Made by a program: the position numbers and the translations under genes. Of a stretch of 62,007 nt of DNA, positions 1 through 12,949 are shown in pieces. The notes below the pieces were generated by a model, which ran no database searches, was not told the origin of the DNA, and saw nothing but the letters and a program-made list of their open reading frames with translations. Origin of the DNA: an uncultured Candidatus Poseidoniales archaeon. GTDB taxonomy: Archaea > Thermoplasmatota > Poseidoniia > Poseidoniales > Thalassarchaeaceae. How positions within the stretch are numbered: position 1 is the first letter of the stretch; each line of letters begins with the position of its first letter. Where the stretch lies: assembly GCA_902573115.1 (NCBI GenBank), contig CACGIM010000003.1:1-62007 (forward strand). Reading direction: 5' to 3'.

Positions 1-938
1 CTGGTCCAAGCTTTGGTTGCAAGCTGGCAGTGAAGAAGGGCTTCCCTTTGTTTTGTACTTCAGACGACCAAGAAAAAATAGACAGTTTTTCAAATGAAGG
101 ATACGAATGCAATGGGGGGATTTCGGACCTACTATCGGTTTCTGAAGTGGTCGTAGATTGTGCACCTGGCAAGATGGGGGCTGAGAATCTGGAAAAATAC
201 CAGTCTGCCGGTGTGAAATATATTTTCCAAGGTGGCGAGAAACATGATCTCACGGGTCTTTCTTACACCTCATCTGCCAATCATATTCAGAATCTTAACG
301 CACAAGGAACTAGAGTTGTTTCGTGCAATACAACCGGACTTTCGAGGACACTCGTTCCTTTATTTGACCACTGTGGATCTCTAAAAGTCGAATGCACGAT
401 GATAAGGAGGGCGGCGGATCCAGGTGATTCTAGCAAGGGGCCAATCAACGCAATTAAGCCAGTTTTGAAGGTACCCAGTCATCATGGTCCAGATGTAATG
501 ACCGTAAAACCCGAGATTGAAATTAACAGCCTTGCAGTAGCTGTCCCAACTACAATAATGCATGTCCATTCAATAATTGCCGATCTCCCTGAGGGCCATG
601 GCCTATCTACAGAATCAATCATTCGAATGTGGGAACAAACACCAAGGGTAATAGTAATGAATGGCTCAAAGGATAGGATAAGCACTACGGCAGAAGTAAT
701 GGAAATGGCAAGGGATATAGGGAGAAAATGGGGAGATTTACATGAAATATTCGTGTGGGAAGATGGTGTAAAATTGGTTGGAAACAGGCTTTATTATTTC
801 CAGGCAATCCACCAAGAAAGTGATGTAATTCCCGAAAATGTCGATTGTATCCGCTCCCTTATGGGAACAGAAGAAGATTGGGTCAAATCCGCAAACAAGA
901 CAGATGAATCAATTGCTCGATATTATTCCACATCATAG
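1..938 (+). CDS. gap: Archaeal type II glyceraldehyde-3-phosphate dehydrogenase (5' truncated by window)
   Basis: Catalytic VVSCNTTGL, DCAPG, RRAADP, SHHGPDV and QAIHQESDVIPENVD motifs of archaeal GAPDH. The frame is open to the window edge. Confidence 0.93.
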   Translation, partial: GPSFGCKLAVKKGFPLFCTSDDQEKIDSFSNEGYECNGGISDLLSVSEVVVDCAPGKMGAENLEKYQSAGVKYIFQGGEKHDLTGLSYTSSANHIQNLNAQGTRVVSCNTTGLSRTLVPLFDHCGSLKVECTMIRRAADPGDSSKGPINAIKPVLKVPSHHGPDVMTVKPEIEINSLAVAVPTTIMHVHSIIADLPEGHGLSTESIIRMWEQTPRVIVMNGSKDRISTTAEVMEMARDIGRKWGDLHEIFVWEDGVKLVGNRLYYFQAIHQESDVIPENVDCIRSLMGTEEDWVKSANKTDESIARYYSTS

Positions 939-997
939 ATCATTAGACACTCGTTCAGAGTCAATAGTCAAAAGAGGAACTAGTTTGCGAATCTCGT

Positions 998-3900
998 ATG
1001 CTGACTTCCAAATCGTTATGCGTCGTCATTACGATTGTTATTCTGTCACCATTGGGGCATTCAATTAACTCTGAATTCTCTAAAGAAAACTCACCTTTGT
1101 TGACGAACTCAGATACAATCAGGGAAAATAATTGGAACAAGCTGGAAAATCCTATTTCCAGCAACTACGATCTCGAGGAACTCACATACACAATCCACTC
1201 CCCGTACGGTAGTGTAGATCCCACTCTTGCTGCATTACCACCGGGACCATGGCAGCTTGCAGGGCTCCCATCTCAATTTAGTAGCAGGCTCTACGTAGTC
1301 CAATCCAACTCACCTGATCTAGATTCTCTAGAGCACATATTATCAAATCTCAAAATAGGGATCGTTGACCACATTCCCGAGAACTCGATAATAATCTCAC
1401 TTAATTCTCATCAATCGGGAGAAATCATAGATCAGATAGGTAAACTATCCGAGGTTCGATGGATCGGGGAAATGCCCACTACGTGGAAAATAGATAAGGC
1501 CCTAATTCCCATGCTCCACTCAGAAAATGTGCTAATAGACCTAGATATCATCCCCTCTCCGTCCAATTCGAATGCGGATACGACCAGTTTAGAGATGGAC
1601 ATTTATGATAGATTAGATCATTATTACCAATCTTCTCACTGTGACGAATACCTGTGCCAAATTCGGAAATCTCTTCCTTCCATAATTCCAGTTTTGGCTG
1701 TTGATCACAGAATAATGAGGATTGAACTAGGGGGACAATTGATTATCCAAAATTCCAATGCAAGCATAATTGCCGGCATTGACTATGCAAGGTCAATAAC
1801 AGACCTAAATCTTACAGGATACGGAGAAGTTCTAGGTATCACAGATACCGGTCTAGATGAAGATCACGGTGATTTCGATGGGAGGTTGAGGAGTCCAATA
1901 TTCAATCTATTTGGGCCAGACAACTCTGGAGCAGACTCAAACAGTGGCCATGGTACCCACGTCACAGCAACCCTACTCGGCGATGGTTCTGGAGACGACA
2001 ATGCAACAGGTATGGTGCCCGAATCAACATTCCATTTTTATCAGATTGAAGTTGATAGCTCAGGGCTACTGGCTAGGTGGGGTTCTCTCTATGAAATGTA
2101 TGAGCACTCTTTCCTTAATGATGCGAAAATCCACACCAACAGTTGGGGAAGTAATAGTCTGGTAGGGGATTATACTTCTGATTCAAGATCCGTAGACTGG
2201 TTCTCAAATGACAATCCAGAGCTATTGGTAATTTTTTCTGTGGGCGATATGGGTGAGGCAGGCGTAACATCCCCGAGTACGGCAAAAAACGTCCTTTCCG
2301 TCGGAGCCACTACTACTGCGGCCTACTCTTCCTCTCCAATCGGTTATGTGTACGACAACTCATCCAGAGGACCGACTTCTGATGGCAGGATCAAACCAGA
2401 AATTGTGGCTCCTGGGGTGATGATTTGCTCCGCTAGGGCTGAAGAGGCCAGCTTGGCCGCCGGCTCCACTTGCTCCCAAAATGTACACGAGGGCTCATCC
2501 ACGCCACTATACATAACAATGAGTGGTAGTTCTATGGCCACTCCAGTCGTTGCAGGAGCATCCGCAATGGCTAGGCAATACATGAAGGAAGAATTAGGTA
2601 TCCTGAATCCAAGGTCAGATTTGATTAAGGCATTACTCGTAAACGGAGCAGATGATTTAGGAGAAAAAAATGTACCCAACAATCTTGAAGGTTGGGGGCA
2701 ATTAAATCTCTCTAACAGCCTATTCCCGCAGAAGGATGGCGACAATCTTTCGCTGTTCTACGATCAGGATCGGCAACTGTCTCCCGGTCACAGTTTTGTC
2801 TACACATTCGATGTATTCGATGATTCGGGATTGGAGGCATCACTTGCTTGGAATGACAAAGAAGGATCTTCTTCCTCCAACCAGAATGCAAGTAGGCTGG
2901 TTAATGACCTAGATATGGTGATAAAATCCCCCGATGGAGATGTATACTACGGAAATAATTTCGGAAATGGAATTAGCCAAACAGGAGGGGTAAGAGATAC
3001 TCTGAATAATCTTGAACGGGTGAGAATTCCATCTACGGCCATCGGTACTTGGACAGTTGAGATAGGGCACTCTGGGGGTTTTGCACAGGCCTTCTCTCTG
3101 GTTTTAGCCGCAAATGCGGAAGAAATACAAAAGTCAGACCTGACAGTAGTCCCGAACTCGATATTCTCCCCTGATACAAGTCCACTATCAGGCGATACAA
3201 TCTCCTTGCAGCTTTCTTGGATGAACCAAGCAGCCTCATCGACCGGTGATTACTCAATTATACTCGAGGACCTTTCGGATGGATCGCAAATTGGTAGCTA
3301 TCCAATGCCATCACTGGGAGGTGGGGAGGTGGAGACATTCTCGATTTACCACTCTTTCCAATCGACCGGCAATCATCTTGTAAGACTCACACTGGACCAC
3401 CTCTCGGAAGTGGAGGAGCTAAATGATGAGAATACTGGGGTCGATAACAATGTCTTCGAATTGTTGTTTGAGGTTACTGAGATCGGTGTCAGAATCACGC
3501 CTCTTATGGAAGACGGCTCCTATCCTTCGACTTTCGAGGAAGTCCAGTCGGCGAAGCTGAGGAATATGGACCCAAGCTCAACAACATTTGGAAACTTCCA
3601 GCTCGAACTCCTCAACGAGGGGACCTCAGAAATTACTGTCGATTTATTGGTGACTAAGGTCCAAATTGTGGATGAAGCAGGGATTTTGCAAAACCCAGTA
3701 GATGAATGGTCTTGGGAAATTAACGAGTCTAAACCTTGGATATTGTCTCCCTTCGGGGAGGCAGGTGATAGCATTGTAATATCTCTAAACCTCACTGATG
3801 AAGATGCGGACTTAGAAAGCAGATACGCCCTTCCGGGATTATTTGTGACCGATCTGACTCTCTTCGACAAAAATGCACCAACGATATCACATTCAATAAG

Positions 3901-5764
3901 GCTGTCTGTAAATGTCGACAGGGTAGAAGGACTTTACACAGTCTCGGCTGGAACACAAGGACTGGGAGCACAACCCGATAAATTTGCTACATTTTTCGTC
4001 TCTGTAAGGAACATCGGTAATGGTCCAACAGAATACAGAATTTCTTGCGAGACAGAGGACAGGTGGGTTGTTTGGGTAGGTGGCGGACAAGCATCAGTAG
4101 CTACAATCGGGCCACTAAGTAGGCTGCAATTCGTCCAAGTACCAATTCAGGTTAAGGTACCGCCATCTTCATCAGGATTATCTTCGGGTGCTGAAAATGT
4201 AGTTTCATGCACCACCACATCAGTGAATGATCCTACATTGAAAACTACTGAAACAGCCATAATTGAGGTTCTGGAAAGCAGAGATTTTTCTACTCAAATT
4301 TATGATTCATCAGGCGAAGAAATTGGACCTTTGGCAATTTCAGACTCAAGAGCAGTACTCAATGGTGAGACTGTCATGACTACTCTCTCAATAAGCAACC
4401 AAGGAAATGTCCCCTTGGTATTCGAAATTAGAGCATTATCGTCAAGCAATGTTTGGCCCATTCAGATCTTCAAAGAAGGCGAAACACCTCCGAATGGAGA
4501 GGTTACGAATATGGAATCTTCCGTTAGCAGGGGTGAAACAACCAGAATCACAGTACTGACAATAGTACCATTAGCAGCTGAGAAGGGGGACAAAAATACA
4601 ATTTCCATAAAGACAACACTAGACGGAAACACAGTTTCTAATGGTACTTTATTGGAAGTTAAGGAAATTACCACATTGGATATAGTTAGTGATTCTGGAT
4701 TCTCAATTGCACTAGGAAAATCTGGTAATTCTGATGTTTTTCTTCACAACTCTGGAAACGTTCCGCTGATTATTAAACTAACAATTGGAACCTTGCCAGA
4801 TGGCTGGTCAGGTGGCCTCCTGACAGGTGATACATTCTCTCTTGATATGAACAGGGATTCGATTGTGACGATTGGCCTAGAATTGCCAAGTGGTATTTTA
4901 CCCGGAAAACTCACCGAAAAGGTCCCTGTAATCATTGAATCGACATCACCCAGTAATTCCAAAGAAGTGACAACTCTGGAAATCGAGGTAATTGTTCTTC
5001 CATCGGTGTGGATAGATGTGCAGAGCTCCACTCTGTCACTTCAGGGCGTTAATGAGAACGAGCGAGGCGAGCTTACTTTACAGATTTCAAACCTCGGAAA
5101 TATGCCAACAGGAGTCAGCCTTGGCTATTTAGCACCCGAGGGATGGATAATAGAAATACAACCCATCGAAATAACCAATCTCGAACCGGGCGCGACAATC
5201 GAATGCCGAGTCTTTATTACACCCAGGGAATCTTCAGAAGACGGACTAAAGGAACTGACAATAAATGCCAATTCAACTCTTGAAGGGGATGAAATCGCAA
5301 AAACGGCATCCGTAATAAATATCGATATCAGCAAGACCGGGAGTGGAAGTAATGGTGGCATCTTGGGGGTACTTGAATCGGCAGGCCTCCCTAGTTGGTC
5401 AATCGGGCTGTTGTTTATTGTCACAATTTCCTCAATGATTTTCGTTGGCATCAAAGCCAGAAAAGAATTCGCGCCATTTAGCTCCGAGGAAGAAATCATC
5501 CCTAGGGGCTCAGCTCTTTTGGCTGGATCTAGTGAAGAGAGAAAGGCTGCAGCATTGGAAATTGACACGACGGGGGATGTTGTGACAGGAGGAGTTTCAG
5601 ATTCCGAGATAGAAGAGATGATCCAATCCACAGTACCCACCTTGCCAACACACCAAGTCCCCGATGGAGCACTTCCTTTGCCCCTTACTGGCCTTCCAGA
5701 GGGGTGGACAATGGATCAATGGGTTGCATATGGCCATATTTGGTGGGAACAAAACGGACCCTAA
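998..5764 (+). CDS. Large secreted, membrane-anchored S8 (subtilisin-like) serine protease with CARDB/Ig-like repeats
   Basis: Signal peptide; triad motifs ITDTGLD, SGHGTHV, MSGSSMATP; KPEIVAPG; VDELNxxNN-like CARDB segment; C-terminal TM helix and cytoplasmic tail. Confidence 0.92.
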   Translation: MLTSKSLCVVITIVILSPLGHSINSEFSKENSPLLTNSDTIRENNWNKLENPISSNYDLEELTYTIHSPYGSVDPTLAALPPGPWQLAGLPSQFSSRLYVVQSNSPDLDSLEHILSNLKIGIVDHIPENSIIISLNSHQSGEIIDQIGKLSEVRWIGEMPTTWKIDKALIPMLHSENVLIDLDIIPSPSNSNADTTSLEMDIYDRLDHYYQSSHCDEYLCQIRKSLPSIIPVLAVDHRIMRIELGGQLIIQNSNASIIAGIDYARSITDLNLTGYGEVLGITDTGLDEDHGDFDGRLRSPIFNLFGPDNSGADSNSGHGTHVTATLLGDGSGDDNATGMVPESTFHFYQIEVDSSGLLARWGSLYEMYEHSFLNDAKIHTNSWGSNSLVGDYTSDSRSVDWFSNDNPELLVIFSVGDMGEAGVTSPSTAKNVLSVGATTTAAYSSSPIGYVYDNSSRGPTSDGRIKPEIVAPGVMICSARAEEASLAAGSTCSQNVHEGSSTPLYITMSGSSMATPVVAGASAMARQYMKEELGILNPRSDLIKALLVNGADDLGEKNVPNNLEGWGQLNLSNSLFPQKDGDNLSLFYDQDRQLSPGHSFVYTFDVFDDSGLEASLAWNDKEGSSSSNQNASRLVNDLDMVIKSPDGDVYYGNNFGNGISQTGGVRDTLNNLERVRIPSTAIGTWTVEIGHSGGFAQAFSLVLAANAEEIQKSDLTVVPNSIFSPDTSPLSGDTISLQLSWMNQAASSTGDYSIILEDLSDGSQIGSYPMPSLGGGEVETFSIYHSFQSTGNHLVRLTLDHLSEVEELNDENTGVDNNVFELLFEVTEIGVRITPLMEDGSYPSTFEEVQSAKLRNMDPSSTTFGNFQLELLNEGTSEITVDLLVTKVQIVDEAGILQNPVDEWSWEINESKPWILSPFGEAGDSIVISLNLTDEDADLESRYALPGLFVTDLTLFDKNAPTISHSIRLSVNVDRVEGLYTVSAGTQGLGAQPDKFATFFVSVRNIGNGPTEYRISCETEDRWVVWVGGGQASVATIGPLSRLQFVQVPIQVKVPPSSSGLSSGAENVVSCTTTSVNDPTLKTTETAIIEVLESRDFSTQIYDSSGEEIGPLAISDSRAVLNGETVMTTLSISNQGNVPLVFEIRALSSSNVWPIQIFKEGETPPNGEVTNMESSVSRGETTRITVLTIVPLAAEKGDKNTISIKTTLDGNTVSNGTLLEVKEITTLDIVSDSGFSIALGKSGNSDVFLHNSGNVPLIIKLTIGTLPDGWSGGLLTGDTFSLDMNRDSIVTIGLELPSGILPGKLTEKVPVIIESTSPSNSKEVTTLEIEVIVLPSVWIDVQSSTLSLQGVNENERGELTLQISNLGNMPTGVSLGYLAPEGWIIEIQPIEITNLEPGATIECRVFITPRESSEDGLKELTINANSTLEGDEIAKTASVINIDISKTGSGSNGGILGVLESAGLPSWSIGLLFIVTISSMIFVGIKARKEFAPFSSEEEIIPRGSALLAGSSEERKAAALEIDTTGDVVTGGVSDSEIEEMIQSTVPTLPTHQVPDGALPLPLTGLPEGWTMDQWVAYGHIWWEQNGP

Positions 5765-5802
5765 TGCGGATAATTTTTCCGTGAAGACTCTGACGGTAGA
5801 CC

Positions 5803-6427
5803 ATGCCGGAATCCATCGTTCTATTTGGCCCCCCCCGGGGCTGGAAAGGGAACTCAAGCCACAAAAATTGTCGAATTAACGGGAAAGCCGCAAGTTTCAA
5901 CTGGAGATATGTTGAGGTCAGCCCTATCCGAAGGGACAGAATTAGGTGTCGAGGCAAAGGCCTTTATGGAATCCGGAAAACTTGTTCCAGACGAAGTGAT
6001 AATTGGCCTAATAAGGGAGAGGCTGAAGCAACCTGACGCTTCTAACGGAGTCCTTTTTGATGGGTTTCCGAGAACAATCTTACAAGCGGAGGCATTGGAG
6101 GAAATCACAAAAGTATCGACTGTAATATCCATCGAAGTACCTGATGATGAGATTGTCAACAGGATAATTGGCAGAAGGATGGACCCTGTCACCGGTGATA
6201 TCTTTCATGTCACATTCAACCCAGCCCCTGAGGAAATACAGGACAGGCTCGTTCAAAGGAAGGATGACACCGAAGAAACCGTCAGAAGTAGACTTGATGC
6301 ATATCACAAGCAGACAAAGCCCCTGGGAAATTGGTATGGCGAAAGAGGCCTCCTAATTTCAATAGATGGCACAGGTTCGATTCTGGAAGTAGGAGCATTA
6401 GTGACTTCCGCCGTAAATACCGTTTGA
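5803..6427 (+). CDS. adk: Adenylate kinase, frameshifted by one extra C in the run 5829-5836
   Basis: ORF 5803 gives MPESIVLFGPP. The other frame gives PPGAGKGTQA, STGDMLR, GKLVPD, LFDGFPRT and QRKDD. Removing one of 8 Cs joins them. Confidence 0.9.
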
Positions 6428-6436
6428 GGCGAAAAT

Positions 6437-6778
6437 ATGCCTCCGGGACGTAGACGATCTCGTGGTAATGGGGCCATCAGATTGGAAGCGGCAAGGAATG
6501 CATTGCAATCACTTTCTAGCGTTCTGGAGGAAAATCTGATTTCAAATCCGGACATATCTGACAGTGCGGCGAGACAAATTCTGTCCATAGGGAAGAAGCA
6601 TGGAACTAGGGTCGGCCCTAGGATTAGCAGAATGATTTGCAGAAAATGCAAGAAGTCCATGGCCCCGGGTAGAACTTCTAGAATCAGACTCACGTCAAAG
6701 AAAATTACAACAACTTGCTTAAGGTGCGGAAGGATAACTAGAGAAGGCCCGGATTTTGGATGTGAATTAGATGAGTAA
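6437..6778 (+). CDS. rnp4: RNase P protein component 4 (Rpp21/Rpr2)
   Basis: ICRKCKKSMAPG...TTCLRCG Zn-finger pattern; adjacent to yhbY as in many archaea. Confidence 0.8.
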   Translation: MPPGRRRSRGNGAIRLEAARNALQSLSSVLEENLISNPDISDSAARQILSIGKKHGTRVGPRISRMICRKCKKSMAPGRTSRIRLTSKKITTTCLRCGRITREGPDFGCELDE

Positions 6779-7049
6779 AGCAGTCCCCAAAGCAATTTCG
6801 AAGATGGCGAAGAGCCCAGCCTTGGAAATATCACTCAGGATTGGAAAAGACGGAATCACTGAAGCAGTCCTTTCTGAGCTAGTTGACCAGCTTAAAAGAA
6901 GGGATATTGTAAAAGTTAAGGCAAATAAAAGCATATCCTCGGATAGAAAAAACAGGCAGCAGATCTTCTCTGAAATTTCCGAAAGAGCCCGATCGACAAT
7001 AGTCTTACAGAGGGGAAATGTTGCAGTGTTCTGGAGGACTAGTCTCTAG
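6771..7049 (+). CDS. yhbY: YhbY/CRM-domain RNA-binding protein
   Basis: LRIGKDGITEAVLSELVDQLKRRDIVKVK...QRGNVAVFWR. Confidence 0.88.
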   Translation: MSKAVPKAISKMAKSPALEISLRIGKDGITEAVLSELVDQLKRRDIVKVKANKSISSDRKNRQQIFSEISERARSTIVLQRGNVAVFWRTSL

Positions 7050-7084
7050 TAGTCTTCATATGCACCCAATCGAAGGGGAAACTA

Positions 7085-8692
7085 ATGAAGATCGCTCCGA
7101 GCGCCATTCGCCCCTCAGCGGCCTTGATTTTTTGTCTATTTTTTCTGATTTTATTGCTTCCCTCTGCTTTAGCAGCATCATCAACCTCCGGGGTATGGGA
7201 GCCGCCCAGTATGCCAAGCTGGGCGGTCCCAGCTGCCTTCGCCATCCTGATTGGGGTCTATACCCTGATCATCTTCGAGGCAATGCATAGAGCATTGGCC
7301 GCGGCCATTGGAGGAATTGCGGCGGTTGTAACATTACATGCCATCGGCGACGGTCCAGATTTGGGGACAATAGTTACTTGGATCGATGAGGAAACAATAG
7401 GCTTGCTAATCGGCATGATGGTAATCGTAGATATACTCGGAAAGACCGGTATTTTCGAATGGGCGGCAGTACAAGCATATGCGCTAAGCGGAGGATCAAT
7501 ATGGAGGTTAACGGTCATTCTTTGCACAATAACGGCAGTCTTCTCGGCCTTTTTGGATAATGTCACAACAATTTTGCTAATTGTTCCAGTGACTATCCAA
7601 ATTGCCAAAGTCCTCGATTTGGAACCAATTCCATTGATCATTGCAGAAGTCATGTTCTCCAATATCGGTGGAGCCGCAACCCAGATTGGAGACCCGCCGA
7701 ATATAATAATCGGTGCACAGTTATCCACACAAGCTCTATCCGGAACTGCTTTAGATGGACAGGGAATAACGTTTGTGGATTTCATTATACACGTCGGACC
7801 AGCAGTTGTGATCTGTATGGCCCCCTCCTTTTGGCTACTAAATAGGCTGGAATCATCGGGGCTATCTGGAGAGAAACACAAAAACATCGAATTACTAAGG
7901 CTCAGATATGGAATTAAGGATGTCCAACTACTGAAAAAATCAGGCGCAATACTTGCATTGGTTATCTTGGCCTTCTTTGCACACTCCTCGTTTCATCATG
8001 ATCTCCTCACCGTTGCAACCATCGCTCTTGGGGGCGCGGTGCTAATGCTATTGGTAACCTCGCCACACCATGTGGAAGAGCAGTTAGATGCGGTAGAGTG
8101 GACTACAATAATCTTCTTTGCCGGCCTATTCATTATGATTCACGGATTGGAACATATGGGTATGATAGATACCATAGCTGACGGGATTTCTGACACAATT
8201 AAGGGAGCATCTGAACAAAATAGACTTATGATTTCAGTTCTACTATTGTTGTGGGTATCCGCCATTGCATCCGCCTTTATCGACAACATCCCTTACACGG
8301 CGACTATGGTTCCGGTGGTGATCAAACTAGCTGAAGACCCAGAGTTGGGATTAGACCTAGCACCACTAGCATGGGCTTTGGCACTCGGTGCTTGCCTCGG
8401 TGGAAATGGAACCATTATTGGCGCCTCAGCAAACGTGGTCGCTGCCGGATTAGCCGAGGAAGCAGGTCATGATATTTCATTCAACAGATTCTTCAAAACC
8501 GGTTATCCAATAATGCTCCTCAGCGTTGCTCTTGCTACTATTTATTGCATAGTGAGATACGCAATAGAATGGTCTAACCAAATAATACCTGCTACGATAA
8601 TTCTAGTCATGATGATTGCCTCGCTCTCCTTGACTCCAATGATCTATGGCCCTCCTCCTAGAAAGTCCTCAATAAACTACGAAGTAGAGTGA
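7085..8692 (+). CDS. ArsB/NhaD/SLC13-superfamily ion transporter (P-protein-like)
   Basis: SAFLDNVTT, SNIGGAATQIGDPPNIII, SAFIDNIP and LGACLGGNGTIIGASANVV motifs; more than 12 hydrophobic helices. Confidence 0.88.
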   Translation: MKIAPSAIRPSAALIFCLFFLILLLPSALAASSTSGVWEPPSMPSWAVPAAFAILIGVYTLIIFEAMHRALAAAIGGIAAVVTLHAIGDGPDLGTIVTWIDEETIGLLIGMMVIVDILGKTGIFEWAAVQAYALSGGSIWRLTVILCTITAVFSAFLDNVTTILLIVPVTIQIAKVLDLEPIPLIIAEVMFSNIGGAATQIGDPPNIIIGAQLSTQALSGTALDGQGITFVDFIIHVGPAVVICMAPSFWLLNRLESSGLSGEKHKNIELLRLRYGIKDVQLLKKSGAILALVILAFFAHSSFHHDLLTVATIALGGAVLMLLVTSPHHVEEQLDAVEWTTIIFFAGLFIMIHGLEHMGMIDTIADGISDTIKGASEQNRLMISVLLLLWVSAIASAFIDNIPYTATMVPVVIKLAEDPELGLDLAPLAWALALGACLGGNGTIIGASANVVAAGLAEEAGHDISFNRFFKTGYPIMLLSVALATIYCIVRYAIEWSNQIIPATIILVMMIASLSLTPMIYGPPPRKSSINYEVE

Positions 8693-8696
8693 ACAT

Positions 8697-8918
8697 ATGG
8701 ATGAAGAAAATAAGCTAATATGTTCAGTGTGTGGCTTATCAAGCAATCAGATCGGCCCCTGTCCGGCTTGCGGTAGCGAAATTCGTAATCCCAATAGAGA
8801 CACTATGGTGACTGAATCCGATAAATCAATTGTGCTTAATTACGGAATCAGCTTTTCTCCTAAAATTGTAAGATCTGAAAACATACCCTTTGGGTTAAAT
8901 TTTGCACCAGACGTTTAA
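8697..8918 (+). CDS. Small Zn-ribbon protein, unknown function
   Basis: CSVCG...CPACG; starts 4 nt after the transporter stop. Confidence 0.55.
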   Translation: MDEENKLICSVCGLSSNQIGPCPACGSEIRNPNRDTMVTESDKSIVLNYGISFSPKIVRSENIPFGLNFAPDV

Positions 8919-9123
8919 AAAAATATGAATGCAAATTCCACAATTTACAACAGGATTCATGTACCGCTCCCCCCGTGTTGTTCAAATACCATAGGTTGGT
9001 CGCAAGCCTGCTTTGTGCGCTCTAATAGACTGTCTATTAGGGTAAGTGGTTGAGGTCGCTTCGCCCTGCGGGGAGACGGAGTGGCCTGAGAAACCAGAAT
9101 TGATATGCCTGGACACCAGAGGC

Positions 9124-12061
<2,938 letters not shown>

Positions 12062-12106
12062 TCTCTGTCCAAAAGAGCATATCAATTCACATTCGAAGGA
12101 AGAGTT

Positions 12107-12226
12107 GTGCACGGCCATAGCGGAGGGGTCCTACCCGGTCCCATATCGAACCCGGAAGTCAAGCCCTCCTGCGTCGATTCCGGTACTGTGGTGCGAAAGC
12201 CCACGGGAAAGGTCGTCGCTGTGCCA
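12107..12226 (+). rRNA. rrf: 5S rRNA
   Basis: ggccatagcgg...cccggtcccatatcgaacccggaagtcaagcc; terminal helix gcacggc/gctgtgc. Ends approximate. Confidence 0.95.
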
Positions 12227-12286
12227 CTCTCCTTCACCTCCCCGCAACACATTAACTAGTGACGTTAGTTATGATGGGGTAAGAAG

Positions 12287-12949
12287 ATGCCAATTTCCAC
12301 AGGAGACATACTTGGCCACTCGCAAGTGGGTGTATACCTAAGCGTGGTTGGCGACGTTCTGTTCATCCCAAGTAATCTTGAAGGCGAAATAGTCGATGAA
12401 ATCCAATCATGTTTCGATTTGGAAACCCATAGATTTCTAGTAGGCGGGTCCGCCTTACTCGGGAGTCTTGTTTGTGGAAACCGGAAGGGAATTGCAGTAG
12501 CCGACATCGCCACTCAGGATGATCTGGATGAGTTATCCAGTTTCGGTGATGTGGTCGTACTAGAAAGCGGTGTAAATGCCGCTGGAAACCTCATGGAATG
12601 CAACGACAAGGGTGCAGTGGTAAGTACTACTATACCGGAATTAGGTGCCGAAATGATCTCTGATGTTCTAGGGGTTAAAGTTGTTAGAACTGACATAGCT
12701 GGTCACAATACGGTAGGCAGTATGATTGTAGCCAACAATAACGGGGTCCTTGTGCACCCCGATGTAAAGACGCCTGAAGTAGAATCTATAGAATCTGCCT
12801 TGGGAGTCAATGTAATGGTCGGGACTGTAAACTTCGGATCACCATTCGTTGGTGCAGGATGTTGTACCAGCGACAGTCACGCACTCGTCGGTTCCGGTTC
12901 TACAGGGCCCGAGCTTAATCGAATCGAGGATGCATTGGGTTTGATCTAG
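12287..12949 (+). CDS. eif6: Translation initiation factor 6 (aIF6)
   Basis: Pentein repeats: LLGSLVCGNRKG, AAGNLMECNDKGAVV, TVGSMIVANNNGVLVHP, GTVNFGSPFVGAG, TGPELNRIEDALG. Confidence 0.95.
   Translation: MPISTGDILGHSQVGVYLSVVGDVLFIPSNLEGEIVDEIQSCFDLETHRFLVGGSALLGSLVCGNRKGIAVADIATQDDLDELSSFGDVVVLESGVNAAGNLMECNDKGAVVSTTIPELGAEMISDVLGVKVVRTDIAGHNTVGSMIVANNNGVLVHPDVKTPEVESIESALGVNVMVGTVNFGSPFVGAGCCTSDSHALVGSGSTGPELNRIEDALGLI

Noticed and set aside
2344-5640. Long antisense ORFs over the S8 protease (and similar shadows over other genes)
   Set aside because: Shadow frames of genuine genes; Ser/Pro-rich with no family motifs.
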